DNA of 64,000 nt, taken from positions 32,674,001 through 32,738,000 of the forward strand of contig CM060732.1 in the NCBI GenBank assembly GCA_030704615.1, in the 5' to 3' direction. Origin of the DNA: Takakia lepidozioides (taxonomy: Eukaryota > Plantae > Bryophyta). The notes beneath the pieces were generated by a model that searched no databases, had not been told where the DNA came from, and saw nothing but the letters and a program-made list of their open reading frames with translations. This document shows, piece by piece, positions 13,501-26,930 of the stretch; within the stretch, counting starts at the first letter, position 1; every line of letters begins with the position of its first letter. The position numbers were made by a program, and so were the translations under genes.

Positions 13501-16500
13501 TATCCTTCAACAGCCTAACTGGTACACTCCCTAGCTCATTGGGCGACTTGACTAGTCTGACCACTCTGTGAGTATCTTTTTTACCAGTTTGTTTACATTA
13601 TTCAGATGGTTCCATGCCTGCAGACATGACTGTGCAGGCACATGCTCCTGTAGTGGTTAGGTATAATCTTAACAGTACTTTTCAGATGGTCTTGCTAACA
13701 GTAGGCTATCCTTCTTGTTTCTTGTGTTTTACTTCCACACACTGTCGTTCTACACTTTCTTAGGTTACGAATGAAACATGGTTCTTGTTCCATGCAACCA
13801 ATTTGATGGAAAGGAACTAATGTCTTGCAGATATCTTTTCTAGCTTGGACTTTTTTAAGTGACAGAAAAGACTGGGTTCTCCTCAATACATGGCACGTGT
13901 TTCCCACTTTTAAGCTTCATCTCTTTGCAGAAATTTGGAGAATAATCAGTTGCAGGGCAACTTACCAGCGTCCCTCTCACAGCTGCTTAACCTACAAACA
14001 CTGTACATCCCCTTGCTTCCATCAAATTGCTTTTCATATCAGCATGTGGTATTCAATTAAGTATGTTTCTCAGCTTCGTTAAGGAAGGTTGCATGCTTTC
14101 AAAAATTGCATGGTGGGCAACAGGAGTTTGGTTGTGCATGCTTATACCCCAGAACTGGGGCACCAGATTCCATGTACCCGAAGGCGTTTTACTAAGAGAT
14201 TTTTTGGATTAACAGTTGAGCTGAGCTTAACAGTGGTATGTAATTGGTTTCAGGGATATTGAAAACAATCAGTTCACTGGCTGGATACCTCCGGGACTGA
14301 ACCCACCCACCTTGAGGTATGTCTAGTGTGTGATCCCTCTCAACTATAGCAAGCGATTTGGGCACTGTGACTGCTGTGTTGACATGTTGTGTGTGTGTGA
14401 AATACAGATAAGATATTGATGTGGTTTAGCTGCATTGCAGGATTGGTGGCAATCAATTTAGTACGTCGCCTGCACCCCCTCCGCCTCCATTTCTAGCCCC
14501 TCCGCCTCCTCCTCCTCCTTCAAATCGCCCTCCCAGTGCAGCACCGCCTTCAAACAACTCAGGACACAAACCACATCCACTGTCTAGTCCAGTGGCTGGG
14601 GTATCTGGTACAGGGAGTAAGTTCTGGACCGGTGCACGAGTTGCTGGATTGGTGATTGCTGTCCTCTTGGCATCTGTTGCTGCAACTTTGGCTGTGCTCT
14701 TCTTTCTATGGAGATCTCGTGAAGAGAAAAGCGCAGATGAGGAGAAGTTGCAGAGTGGTCAGGGGACTTGGTCATGGCCGCTTATTCCCCCTTCTATAAA
14801 AGGTAGGCCTCCACCTTGGAGATTGCAGCAGTCAAGTCATCATAGCCTGAAGTCGACTTGTAAGAACGTCTGGATGCTGACTACCAAGATATCTTTCGAT
14901 TGCATGTGACGGAAGTGTGTCCAGTCTGAAGGATAGCAAGCAACATAGAAACAGAGCTTACTCTCTTCTCACAAACACCAATCATGATTGGAGACTCTAT
15001 GTGAGCGCAAGAGAGCTTTGTTCTGTTTTTCTTTCTTATGTTTCAGTTAGGCTCGACAATTGTGGTGTCTTATGCTCTTCATCTCCAGCTATTGAAAGAA
15101 GTCCCAGAGAAACTTTGATGTCAAAGCAGTCAACTGTGTTCCCAACTCTTTATGGTTCCTGACTGAACTTGGAAGTTTCACTAATGTATGATGGATGGGT
15201 TGGGATGTATCTGGAAATATCATTGCTCTCTCTTGAGACAGATAAAGCAAGACCAAACGTCCCGAAGTTGTCTTTCGAACCTGGTGAGCAGCATGAATTG
15301 GAACCTCTGATAGATCCACCATAGCCGAGTAAGATAGTATGTCTTTTGGAGATTAAACTGAATACAGTTTGAAAAGCACTGTGAGAGTGGGTTTTAGAGT
15401 ACTTTGGTTAGCAATTTCATGGCCTTTGGTTACAAGTAGCTAGTGCTTCAAAAGCATGTAGGTGGGAAAATATTTGTAGTGTAATGAAGTGCAGCACGTT
15501 GGCTGTCCATGTAGGAGGCATCAGTTCGGAGTGGCAAAGTTCCCACACATGTTTGCAGAGTCTATGGGAAAGAATGAGCCTCACATTCCCCTTTGTGTGA
15601 TGTGGCAGCCACCCCAATTGTGAAGGAAATGCCAGAAGAGAAACTGACTGTATCTCCCCCTATTAAGACACTGAAGGCACCTCCATCCTTTAAGGGCCCT
15701 GGGGAGAAGGGCACAAGCAAGAGCACCATCCAAATCAAGAATGCCAAAGTTGCAATTTCTGCGACCATTTATTCTGTTGCAGACCTTCAGTCTGCTACCA
15801 ACAGCTTTGCACAAGAAAACCTGATTGGCGAAGGTTCCATTGGTCGTGTCTACCGTGCGGAGTTTCCGAATGGCCAGGTTTGGCTGCCTCGATTTCAATT
15901 TGATGCACAATTGAGTTTCAAAATGGGGTCGAGAGTTATTGAGGACTAGTATCGCTCGCCAGTTATGTCTGTGGAATATCTATCATCATTTTGGGCCATG
16001 CCAAGCAGGTCTGGAGGGACAGTTAGCCTCCTAATCCTCAATGCTGACTGGCACAATGAATGGCATTGGTTGTTTGGTAGATATTGCTAAGAGTTACCGA
16101 ATTTACATTAGGTGATCTACCGTCCTCTTCTTACAAAGGATGACCGGCGATCCCACAATGGATACAAGTTCTCCTTTGGTTGAATGTGTCCCTGCCAATT
16201 TATGCCTCCATTGGGGACCCCGGTATATTGAGTTTCTCAAAAGAGAACTAGTTCATTGTTTGATGCAAATTGAATGTGATGGTTGTAAAGTTCCAGAATG
16301 AGCTGAGCCATATTCTCCCCACCCTTCAATCTCGCTGGTAAGCTCCTTTGTTGTACAACTATACTATTGAAACCCTGCAACAGGATGCAATCAGTGAGTT
16401 GGCTCTTTCTTTGAGTTATGTTGTAATGTCCTCAAGACCAAATTCTTCATGGTGTGCAGGTGTTAGCAGTGAAGAAACTAGACACATCAGCACCCATGGT

Positions 16501-18522
16501 GCAGAACGAAGAAGATTTTCTCAGGATTGTTGGCAGAATAGCGCGTCTGCGGCATTCCAACATCACTGAGCTAATGGGCTACTGTGTCGAGCATGGACAG
16601 CGATTGCTTGTATATGAATATGTGAGCCGTGGCACCCTCAATGAGATCCTTCACACTACTGACGAAAGCACCAAGTGCCTTTCTTGGAACAGTCGTGTCA
16701 AGATTGCTTTGGGAGCTGCGCGGGCCCTAGAGTACATTCCCCTCTCTTTTTCACTTCCATCTTGGCTTGTTTCAGTCATCCCTGCATTTTACCTCGCCAT
16801 TACAGGGACAGGAAACCCTCATTGCGGTTTTCCTGAAAGGGGGAGCTAAACTGCATTTACTGCATGTCTCCCATATCTATTTGATGTACACATGCGGTTT
16901 GGTGTCTTAATGGACCTTAGCTGGATTGTGCTATTAGATCTTGCTGATGCTGTGGGGTCTGTACTGAAAATGCACCTAGAGAAATTTGTAAAGGCTAGAA
17001 AGTGTATTCAGCAAGGAGTGAATGATAGTCATAAGGATTGAGTTATGAACAAGGTAGTTGTCTTATTGCAACAAATTCACTCAGTTCTGAGCTGGTGTAT
17101 GCCGAGGTCGTTGTAAAACGTGTTATGGAGACTCCCTCTTGTGGCAGTGTGGCATAGGCTGCAGATTGGCTTGATGGAAATAGCAGTAGAGAAGTTTATA
17201 GAAGTACTGAGTGTTTGTGTAAAATGTGCAGATACCTGCATGAAGTATGCCTTCGACCAGTAGTGCACCGTAATTTCAAGTCTGCCAACATTCTACTGGA
17301 TGATGAGTTCAACCCTCATCTATCTGACTGCGGCATTGCAGCTCTTACTCCTTTTGGCTCAGAGCGCCAGGTAGAGACCAGCCTGGTTGTTTGCATACGA
17401 AGCTGTGTGGATTTGCCAGGTTTTTAACTGAACAAGTTATCAAGTGATGGATTGTAGTTGATGTGGTGGGCGGACAGGTATCAGCACAAATGCTGGGCTC
17501 GTTTGGGTATAGTGCCCCAGAGTATGCCATGTCAGGAGTCTACACAGTGAAGAGCGATGTGTACAGCTTTGGTGTGGTGATGCTGGAGCTATTGACAGGA
17601 CGCAGGCCTTTAGACAGGTAAATTGGTATTCTTACTAAGTCAGAGAGACACAGATAATTTCTTGTTCGGGAGGTGTGACATGAGGGCTGTGACTACTACT
17701 GCTCACCAAAGACTTGGTTTGGAACTGAGTTTGACAATGAACCAACCACAATTTCATAATAATGGGTGTGTTTTTATTGCAGCACAAGGACAAGATCAGA
17801 GCAGTCATTGGTCAGGTGGGCCACACCACAACTGCACGATATTGATGCACTGGCTGAAATGGTTGACCCTGTGTTGAAGGGGATCTATCCTGCGAAATCT
17901 CTTTCACGTTTTGCTGATATCATTGCCCTATGTGTACAGGTGGGTTTCCAACTTGATTTCTGTCCCTTCAGTTTGCATGTGTATGACTTAATATCTTATG
18001 TGCAGGAAACAAAACAGTTGCCATGCTTATTTTGATTTACATCGAAATCTCCATGTGATGTACTGAAGTGGGTGATACATGTATTTACATACTCCAGGAG
18101 GCATAGGGATAGGCATCTAAGCAAGTACTCTTTGTTGTACATGAATGGCTGATTCTGCAAGTGAGAGCTTGTCACTCTGCATACCGACTGAAATGTCTTC
18201 GCATCAATTATTCAGTGTTACAAGATATTTGTTGTTGCTCACGTGGGTGATGCTACTTCAATGAAATGACAGAAAGCCTGCTGAAGTTACATAGGGACAA
18301 TCTGCAGAGTGGTGTGGCTTGGACATGTAAATTATGTGACATGTTAAATGTATTGTAAATATGCAGCCAGAACCAGAATTTCGACCACCTATGTCAGAAC
18401 TGGTGCAAGCTTTGGTACGGCTGATGCAGCGAGCAAGCCTGAGCAAACGGAGATCTGGGGATGACTTGAGTGCATCACACCGTAGTCTTGACCATCTTGA
18501 CCCCTCCGACTCCTCTGCTTAG
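10513..18522 (+). CDS. SRF: STRUBBELIG-receptor family (LRR-V) receptor-like kinase; about 16 exons
   Basis: Signal peptide exon 10513-10603; [23 protein letters not shown] (11258-11390); seven 63-72 nt LRR exons (11634, 12294, 12691, 13103, 13496, 13931, 14254); Pro-rich plus TM exon 14441-14802; kinase exons from 15609 to TAG 18522. [11 protein letters not shown] and DCG in place of HRD/DFG are typical of SRF/SUB kinases. Confidence 0.95.
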
Positions 18523-21068
18523 CAAAGGAAAGAGCTGCTATGTGTGTGCGAAACCGAAAGGACCTCTTCTCCACATTACCTACCTTAACAGGACAAACTT
18601 GGGCACTTCTGAATCAACAACGATTTCTTGGTAAATGCCATTTACAAAGCAATGTTTGGCATCATGAACTCCTGGCTTATTGACGGATCCACGATGACAT
18701 CTTCTTGCGTGGGGAAGGCACACAGGAACAACTGATCTGGTGTGTAGCAGCTACGCACTCCCGTGGCAAATTCCAGCAGCTCATGTAGTTGATATGATAC
18801 TACGAATGGACCCCTGAAACCTGTGACTGCATTTTGCACAAGGAGGACGGGCTCTTTGTTCCCAGTTTCCGGTGGTTGAAAGTTGCTTCGTTCTGGATTG
18901 ATTTTACATTGCTTGCTTGCCTCCCAGACCTTATTGCATCCTTCCCCAGAGTTTTGGGTCTTCATCTGAAGAGAAGGAAGTAGCTGGTTCCTGTCTTGCA
19001 GATCATTGCTAAATTGTGTTACTGTCCCCAAAACTTACTTGCCCCTAAAGCCACTTCAGAAAGTTGCCGTGCCAGTTCTTGGAAAGCTCAATTTTTTGCT
19101 TCTCTGCTGTAAGACAATGCAAATATTTGTAAAATAGCACAAGGGACACTCGGATGGCTTTCCCTAATACTTTCTGCACTAAAAGTGGGACACAGGTTGA
19201 CTTCTAGAAGTGCCCTACTCACTCTGGGCTGCGGGACAAATGACCCTCTGGAAAATGGAAATGCAGGGGTTGGGGGGGGGTCCCCCGGGGGGTGGGAACA
19301 ATACCGGAGAAAGGGCCTGATTGACCTGATTTTTCTTTGTGTGTGTTGCTTTGCCGTAGTGAAGGGACTGTGAAAATAGTTACACTCATTGCATGATTGT
19401 CAGCAATGCTCAAATGATCAATTTGGGGTGAATTGCATAGTGGTTGACCTATCGATCATGTCAGTCTAACTGTGAATTTACAAAGGCTAGTTGTCACCGC
19501 ACATGCCTTTGAGGGCCCAGTGGACGGTTGAAGGAACTTGTTGAAGGATGGAACCCAGGATTACCCTGGTCAGACATACGATGGAGCCTAAAACTGTGTG
19601 AACATTTCAGGGAGGGTTCGGCAGCATGCAAATAAAACCCAACAGAACACACAGTAAGACGGTAAAATTCGATGGTAGGTTCTGGTCTTCCTTGCCCAGT
19701 GAAAGTTTTTTTTTGTTTTTTAAGACATTTTAAACCCATCCTAGGAGCTTATAATCTGGTGTATTATGCTGAGTTTTTTGTGGTGGAGTGAGTACTTATT
19801 CACCTTGGCGTAAGGCTCATTTTACTGGGTTGGAAATACTACCATCCAGTTCCAGTGAAAGTGGAGATGTCAGTGATGTTAGGGCAGTGCTGTTGTGGCA
19901 GCGAGCCTGTTTGCGTGCGGTATAAAGCTTTGCGCACTTGCTTTCTTGTTGTTTGTCCATTGAAACAGAATGCTAACTTATATGTCACAATTCTGAAAAA
20001 TGAATGTGGACTCCCTAACAATGGGATTTTCACTGCAGGGGGTAATAATAATAATAATATTTGACGCCACCCCAAGGAAGAGTAAATTATGGGCCCATTA
20101 CCACTCGGCTACAACTTGGTTGTCACATTGGGGTAAGTTAAGTAGACTGTGAACATAACTGTCAACAACCCATGTAAAAGATAACTTAGTGAAAATCCAT
20201 AATAGATAGGAATGGACCAGTGTTGGCCGGGTACCATGTTTTGAGCCCTCTCCAGGTCCTGGTTATGGCGTACTCTTTGAAAAAAATGGATGGCCGGGGC
20301 AGGGTATACCAATAGGTTTGAAAAACATCTCGGTTATAGGTTCTCAATAAACACATGGATTTGTTTTTGTCCGGTTCTCAATCTACCGGTTGTGCCATCT
20401 TAAAAAATGCTGGTTCCATGGTACCGGTTATGGGATTCATCCACTTTTATTTATTTTTACTTTTTCTAGCATTTTTGTGTATGTGTGTAAAACTATACAC
20501 TAAAGGGCTGTGGCATGGTGATAATCCACTAGAGTATTGGTTGTGGGTCTCGGCTTCAAAGTTCAAACGTTCAACCCTGTCATCTATCTCTCCGCCCCTG
20601 CCCCTCTAGTACACTAAGCTTACAACTTACAACTATTGTCCAAGCCAAATGCCAAATACCCAACTAATTAATTTCCTACTTAGACATTCTCATTAGTGTT
20701 GTGCACCTAATCTCCCCAACATTGTAATTTCATAACTATCATCACTAACCCTTACACTTGTATTATCTAGAACCGCCTCTACGCCATCCACATTTGCTCC
20801 GGATCTTGCTCCGGGTATAACACCCTTATAATCACCATGCCGGTTCTCTAGCCGGTTAGGAAGCTCGATTTTTTTTCCGGTTCCCTTCCATAGCCGGTTC
20901 CTGCGGGGGCTGCACTTTCCGGTTATGCACATGTGCATAACCGGCAAATAACTGCCGGATATGCATGTCAAGATGCCATACCTGGCCAACACCTGAATGG
21001 ACTCCCTTCCAAAGACATATTCCGAACTCAGAATATGTCACTGGAAATTACGGCCACTTTCCTCCACC

Positions 21069-21345
21069 CAGTGATTTTTTTCTTAAATTTGAAAAATAGC
21101 ACGAGTGGCTACAAGAAAGAGCTATATATTATGTTCATCCATTGAAAATTTGGATAGAATCATCCTCTTATGTACTTTCATCCATTTATATCATCCACAT
21201 TTGGCAAATTCATCCATTATTATTATTTTCCTTGTAGAAGTTTGGCGATTTCATCCATGAAAAAATTGGGAATTTACGACAGAATATTCCATTTTAATGT
21301 TTTGAGGTCGCCATTTGGCGATTTTTCGCCAAAAAAAAAACACTG
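21069..21345. mobile_element. hAT-type MITE, copy 1 (277 bp)
   Basis: Termini CAGTGATTTTTTT ... AAAAAAAAAACACTG; perfect 8-bp TSD CCTCCACC at 21061-21068 and 21346-21353; internal TCATCCA repeats. Confidence 0.9.
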
Positions 21346-21917
21346 CCTCCACCTCTAGTTACTAAAAGAATAATCCAACCCCATGTATTATGGAAGATAA
21401 TAGAAATGAGCTAAGAACTTAATGCAAGTGTACTACCTCTGATAGGATGGTATGCCAGTTTTGGCATGTCAAATCCTCCCCATTGATGGAGTTGAGGTTA
21501 CCTGGGTTACAATGGGGAGTGTAACTCCACTTGGGGTTACACAGGGTTACCTGATGGGTTTGTGACCACTCCGTGTAACTCAGACTTGGTCTCGGAATTC
21601 GACTAAGTGCTATGAAGAGTTATATGAAAGACCGGGGCTACATAGGGTTACAGAAATGGAGATTCTGGTACCCAGTATACACTACAACAGCCTCCCATCT
21701 AGAATGGAACCCAGAATCTTACCTCCTGCACTGCACTCACCTCACCAACACATTACCCACCACAACATACAACCTACTTGATTTCTTAAGTATTTAATAG
21801 TAAAACCAAGGAAAGAGGGGGTGGGGAGGATTTGACAGGACGCCCGCCGGAGGAGCCCAGGCTACCGTCAGATGGCACGAGTGTTTTTTTTTTTGGGTTA
21901 AGTGAAAGGGAGTGCAT

Positions 21918-22203
21918 CAGTGGTTTTTTTTTCAAATTTGGAAAAGAACAGGAGTGGCTACTGAGTTTTGCAGGAAATAGCCATATTTTGTGCTCATCCA
22001 CTGAAATTTGGACAGAATCATCCTCTTGTGTACTTTCATCCATGTATATCATCCATATTAGGCGAATTCATCCAAGATTTATATTTGTTTTGGAGAATTT
22101 TGGCGATTTCATCCATGAGAAAATAGGGAATTTACGACAGAATATTCGATTCTGATTTTTGAGGTCGAAAAAGTGCGAAATTTCGCCAGAAATAAAAACA
22201 CTG
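21918..22203. mobile_element. hAT-type MITE, copy 2 (286 bp), same family and orientation
   Basis: Termini CAGTGGTTTTT ... AAAAACACTG; TSD GAGTGCAT / GAGTGCAC (7 of 8). Body aligns with copy 1, e.g. TTTGGCGATTTCATCCATGA and GGGAATTTACGACAGAATATTC. Confidence 0.88.
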
Positions 22204-23990
22204 GAGTGCACTAAGTTCTTACCTCATTCCTATTATCTTCCATCTATTAAGTATGGTGTATGAGTTGGTTATACTGTGGTGCTCCTCCTGTGCTTAATTT
22301 GGTGGGTTGAACACATCATACATACTTTTTTTTTTAAAAATTTAAATTTTTGAAACAGGGGAAAGTGGCCCTGGATGGAAAACTTTATTGAGGAATTATT
22401 TGAAGGGACACACATACTCATGTGTCCCTTGCACATTCGCGGCGACGTAAAATATTCCACCTGGGTATCACTTTCATTTTGCTTACTTAAATCATAACTT
22501 ACTTGTTCAGTTTTTGGTCTAATTTGCAGCCTGCTGATCCTGGGCTCAATCCTTCAACATGGGCCTGCCTCTCAATCCATCTCTCATCCATTGGCCAAGG
22601 CCCTCGTTAAACATACTTTTTTTTAAAGAAAATACTTCAAATTTTACTTTTTCTGTTGTTTTGGTGTTTTCTGAACAGAAATTTATTGAAAAAATAATGC
22701 TTCCAATTCCCTGTTTGAATTGCCGTTTGAATGGCTCGTGTAGGCCTTGACTTACGTACTCAACCAAAAGTGGTGCACTGCACACATGTATCTAGTATGC
22801 TAGTATGTGTGTAGTATGTAGGCCTGTTTGGTTTGGCAATTATGACTCAAGTGGGCAGCATTACACGCACACACCCCACGTTGCTCATCTCTGCAAGTAA
22901 CTTACTGCACCATCGCTTTGATGAGTGTTGTTTGTAGCCCAAGTTTTGCCCCTTCACTTAACTTATGCCTTCCACCTCATTTCTATCACTATCTTATTAT
23001 GCCTTCCACCTCATTTCCACATTAGACTTCTACGAAGCAATTCTAGACTTCTAGAATTCTATGTCCCATTGTTGAATGCACTTTGTGGATGTCTTAGTAA
23101 GAAAAGGGCGACAAAACTGCGAGAGGCCCATCCCCAGCTACTCAACAAAGTTAGAAAAAAAAAAAAAAAAGCTTGTAAGGGGACCCACTAGACCTGCAGG
23201 CGACAGCTGGGTCTGTTGACCGGAGAAGCAAGAGAGAGTCCAGTCAGTCTAAGTATCCCGGGCCTTGGATCGGACCCACACTAATAAGTCCCAATTGGCA
23301 ACTGGCATGAAGGGAAGAGCAGCACCTCAAGACTCAAAACAATGCACATGTCGGTGGATAAAAACAGAAATGCTTGGTATTGTGGTGATGGGAAAGAGAG
23401 GGGGGCAATTGGGTATGTAATATGTAGTCTGTAGTATATAAGTTAGTATGTGGTATGGAGGGCAAATGCAAAGACCGACAGGGAAATTGCATGAGAAGTG
23501 CGTGTGGGAATTAGTAAGGAAAACTGAAGAAAATGATGGCAGGGTGGTGCCATGTGGAAAACGGAAGTGATAAAGAAATGGGGCCCGAATGGGAGCAAAG
23601 GGTAAGTAAGTAGATGGAAGGGCGGGTATTGAATGGGAAGGGGAGAGGGCAGGGTGTGGGTGACGTACAAAACTGCCAGGCGATGCTAACTAGCCCGTCT
23701 GTCATCACGCCCACCCCCACCGCGCTTCTGATTTTCTACTGAGCCTGGTGTGTCCCAGAGGATGCCCTACCGGTCTTGTTGTTGTCCTGAGACCGGCAAG
23801 CAGCGCTGACCAGGGTAGAGCAGAGTTCCTGGAGTGCCTGGCAAGCAGCACTCACTCGCTGGGATGCTTCACGCTGGATCCACTGTTTGGGTTCTTTGAC
23901 ATTGTGTGTTGGAGTGGTGGGAATTGGAGCTGCGTGTTAGGGGTTTCTGTGGGATTTTGGATCTGACTGTATTGCGCGGGCGTGGATTCG

Positions 23991-26930
23991 ATGGCGCCAA
24001 GACTGGACTTGGATGGGCAGGAAATACCGGCTCTGACGATATGCATTATAGGGGCAGGAGGGTTTATAGGATCGCACCTCTGTGAGAAGCTAATGTGGGA
24101 GACACAGCATAGTGTGCGGGCGATCGATGTCTACGGTGACAAGATTCAGCATTTGTTGGAATCAGGAAAGCCTTGGGGCGATCGTATTGAGTTCCATAAG
24201 ATCAATATCAAGCATGACTCTCGACTTGAAGGTCTCATCAAGCTTTCCGACCTGGTAAGCCGTCTACCGTCTCTTTTTCTCTTGTCTGGCCTTGTAATGA
24301 CTTGGGTCCTGACGATGGTGCTCTGGGTCATTCTCGCCAGAACAAATTGTAAAATCACAGAGATGGCTTTAATTGCGGCAAGAGCAGCTGGCACTCAACG
24401 AAGGGATGAAGTAGTGTCACGTATTGAACATGCACACCCGGAAGCTCTGGAATTATCAGCTGTCACGAGTCTCGCTGCTCAAATATCATCCCTCGAATGA
24501 ACTGTGTTGAATGGGACAATATCTTTTTTGTATCCAGTTTGTTTCTAACCCAATGTATCCACTCTGCTTTGTGTTCGCCTCTGGGGGTCTCATCTGTTGT
24601 TGTAACAGTTACTTTGGGGTCGTGCCATGTGGATGGCGAGGCTAATCTTTGAGCATGAGGGTTGTCTTATACTGCAAGAGTTGTAGTGTCAATAGAAGGC
24701 AAGAAAAAACCCTCATGCATCTACAATTCCATTTATTACTCATACTTACTGAGAAGTGTGTTTCAGACAATTAACTTGGCTGCCATTTGCACGCCGGCAG
24801 ACTACAACACCAGGCCGCTGGACACAATCTACAGCAACTTTATTGATGCCTTACCAGTGGTAAGACTGAGCTTTACCTGCCTGATATTATGTGGTTAGTT
24901 GTTATGGTAACCATGGAAGGGGAATGCTATCTTGAGTCAAAAGCACAGCATTACGTGCTGACACACTGCATGCTGTGACCAGGTTCGATATTGCACAGAC
25001 AATGACAAACGCCTGATCCACTTTTCAACATGTGAGGTTTATGGCAAGACTGTTGGCAGCTACCTTCCCAAGGATAGCCCCCTTCGCAAGGTAAGAAGTC
25101 ATTCTGTCAGTCTGGATTTGGGTAGCAATTTATTGATAAGGCTTCAAATGTACTTTCTGGGAAGCTGAACTTTAGGGTTTCTCTGTGGGCCACCAGAAGT
25201 GGATAACGCTTTGTGAATGGCAGTTGCTGTTGGGGGAGGGGAAGTGGTGTGGTGGAAACTATTCTCTTAAGGAACATTGAAATGGGAAGTAGGTTTGGCA
25301 ATCATGGCTGCAAGATGGTTGAGCTTGATTTATCAGCTTCTGTCTGTCTTTCACACTGGCTAACTTAATCTCTTGTTGGGTGTTTGAGTGCTTTCAGGAT
25401 CCATCTTTTTATCTTCTCAAAGAAGATGAGTCACCCTGCATTTTTGGCTCTGTAGAGAAGCAACGGTGGTCATACGCCTGTGCAAAGCAGCTCATTGAAC
25501 GTGTTATCTATGGTGGGTGATGATGTCTTCTGATCTAGTTTCTCATGATGTTAACTTGGCAAGGTTATCTGCTACCGTACAGCACTTGTTGTGGGTTCTG
25601 AGGATGGGAGGGGCATGCTTCCAAGGTGAAGTAGAGGATGCACTGGAAGGTAGAACATGGAACTTATGCGTGCAAGTATTTTGCAGCTGAGGGTGCTGAG
25701 AACGACCTTGAATTTACGATTGTGAGGCCTTTCAATTGGATTGGTCCTCGTATGGATTTCATTCCTGGCGTTGACGGACCAAGTGAAGGTGTACCCAGGG
25801 TTCTGGCTTGTTTTAGCACGGTATGTTGTTCAGTTTGCTAATGTAATCATGCCTGTCTGTGCTGCCATGCTGAGGCATCTGCCGCATCTTTTGCTTGTCT
25901 CCTTCAACTGGTTAGTGACTCCAAACTGCTATCGAGGGTCTTGGCAACATGTTCTCATTACCACTTGCTATCAGTGTGGCCTAATCCCTGCATGGATTCT
26001 TCCAGGGTTTGATGAAAGGGGAGCCACTCAAGTTGGTTGATGGGGGCAGTTCACAGCGAACATTTGTGTACATCAAAGATGCTATTGAGGCTGTCTTGCT
26101 TATGATTGTAAGTACAGGCATCATCAGAATCAAGTGCAAAACATGTGGAATTTTCATGGCGCATGCATTACTAGCAAGGCTTGAGTCTGTGTTTTGCTCA
26201 TATGTTCTTTGTTGTGTCCCAGGAAAATCCACCCAGAGCTAATGGACCCATATTCAGTGTCATGAAATTGTCATGGCACATCCATTACGAGCGAGTCTTG
26301 AGTCTGTGTTTAGCTCACACGTTTTTTGTTGTGTCCCAGGAAAATCCATCAAGAGCTAATGGACACATATTCAATGTCGGTAACCCTGACAACGAAGCAA
26401 CTGTCCGGGAGCTTGCGGAGCTCATGACAGATGTGAGTGCCATATCCTTGAACAGAGATTTCTCCTTTACGTGCAGTCATAATCTTCTCTTGGATTGACT
26501 TTCATGACTATTGGTCCTTTATGGAACAGATTTACTGTGAAGTGAGTGGTAATCCAAGACCTGCAGTACCAACAGTGGACGTGTCTTCGAAGGAATTCTA
26601 TGGGGAAGGTTACGATGACAGTGACAAGCGGATTCCAGATATGACAATTATCAAACGGCAACTGGGTAATATTGGCTCTCTTCTTTGTAATCAATCGTTT
26701 CAGTAGGGAAAGTGAGCTTGCCTTGGATAGTAGAGGAATTGTATGTTAATATTTCAATAATGGGAATTGTGATTCCAAGTTTATGCCTTTTCTAAGGATG
26801 GTAGACTTGTGCAGGGTGGGAGCCAAAGACATCGTTGCACGACCTTTTGAAGTCGACATTAACTTACCAGCACGTAACATATTCACAAGCAGTAAAGAAG
26901 GCCATGTCAAAAGCCATAGTAACCAATTGA
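23991..26930 (+). CDS. AXS: UDP-D-apiose/UDP-D-xylose synthase; 9 exons
   Basis: MAPRLDLDG..ICIIGAGGFIGSHLCEKL, TINLAAICTPADYNTRPLDTIYSNF, WSYACAK, VRPFNWIGPRMDFIPG, YGEGYDDSDKRIPD. Exons about 23991-24254, 24767-24859, 24983-25090, 25398-25513, 25687-25820, 26006-26107, 26340-26432, 26530-26665, 26815-26930. Confidence 0.97.
26145..26378 (+). repeat. 117-bp direct tandem duplication spanning the AXS intron 6 / exon 7 boundary
   Basis: Copies 26145-26261 and 26262-26378 both contain TTGTTGTGTCCCAG|GAAAATCCA...AGAGCTAATGGA. Confidence 0.93.

Noticed and set aside
17260-17335. HRN and DCG in place of HRD and DFG as a sign of SRF pseudogenisation
   Set aside because: These substitutions are normal for the STRUBBELIG/SRF family.
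18642-19031. 129-aa minus-strand ORF
   Set aside because: Antisense to the probable SRF 3' UTR, non-ATG start, no recognisable motif.
20225-20960. Clusters of ACCGGTT/CCGGTT motifs suggesting a decayed DNA transposon
   Set aside because: No termini or TSD could be defined.
19540-22560. Related B-box-like strings (TCCTGGGTTCCATCCTTCAACA on minus near 19550; TCCTGGGCTCAATCCTTCAACA near 22540) as old SINEs
   Set aside because: Match is only about 22 bp, with no clear A box, tail or TSD.
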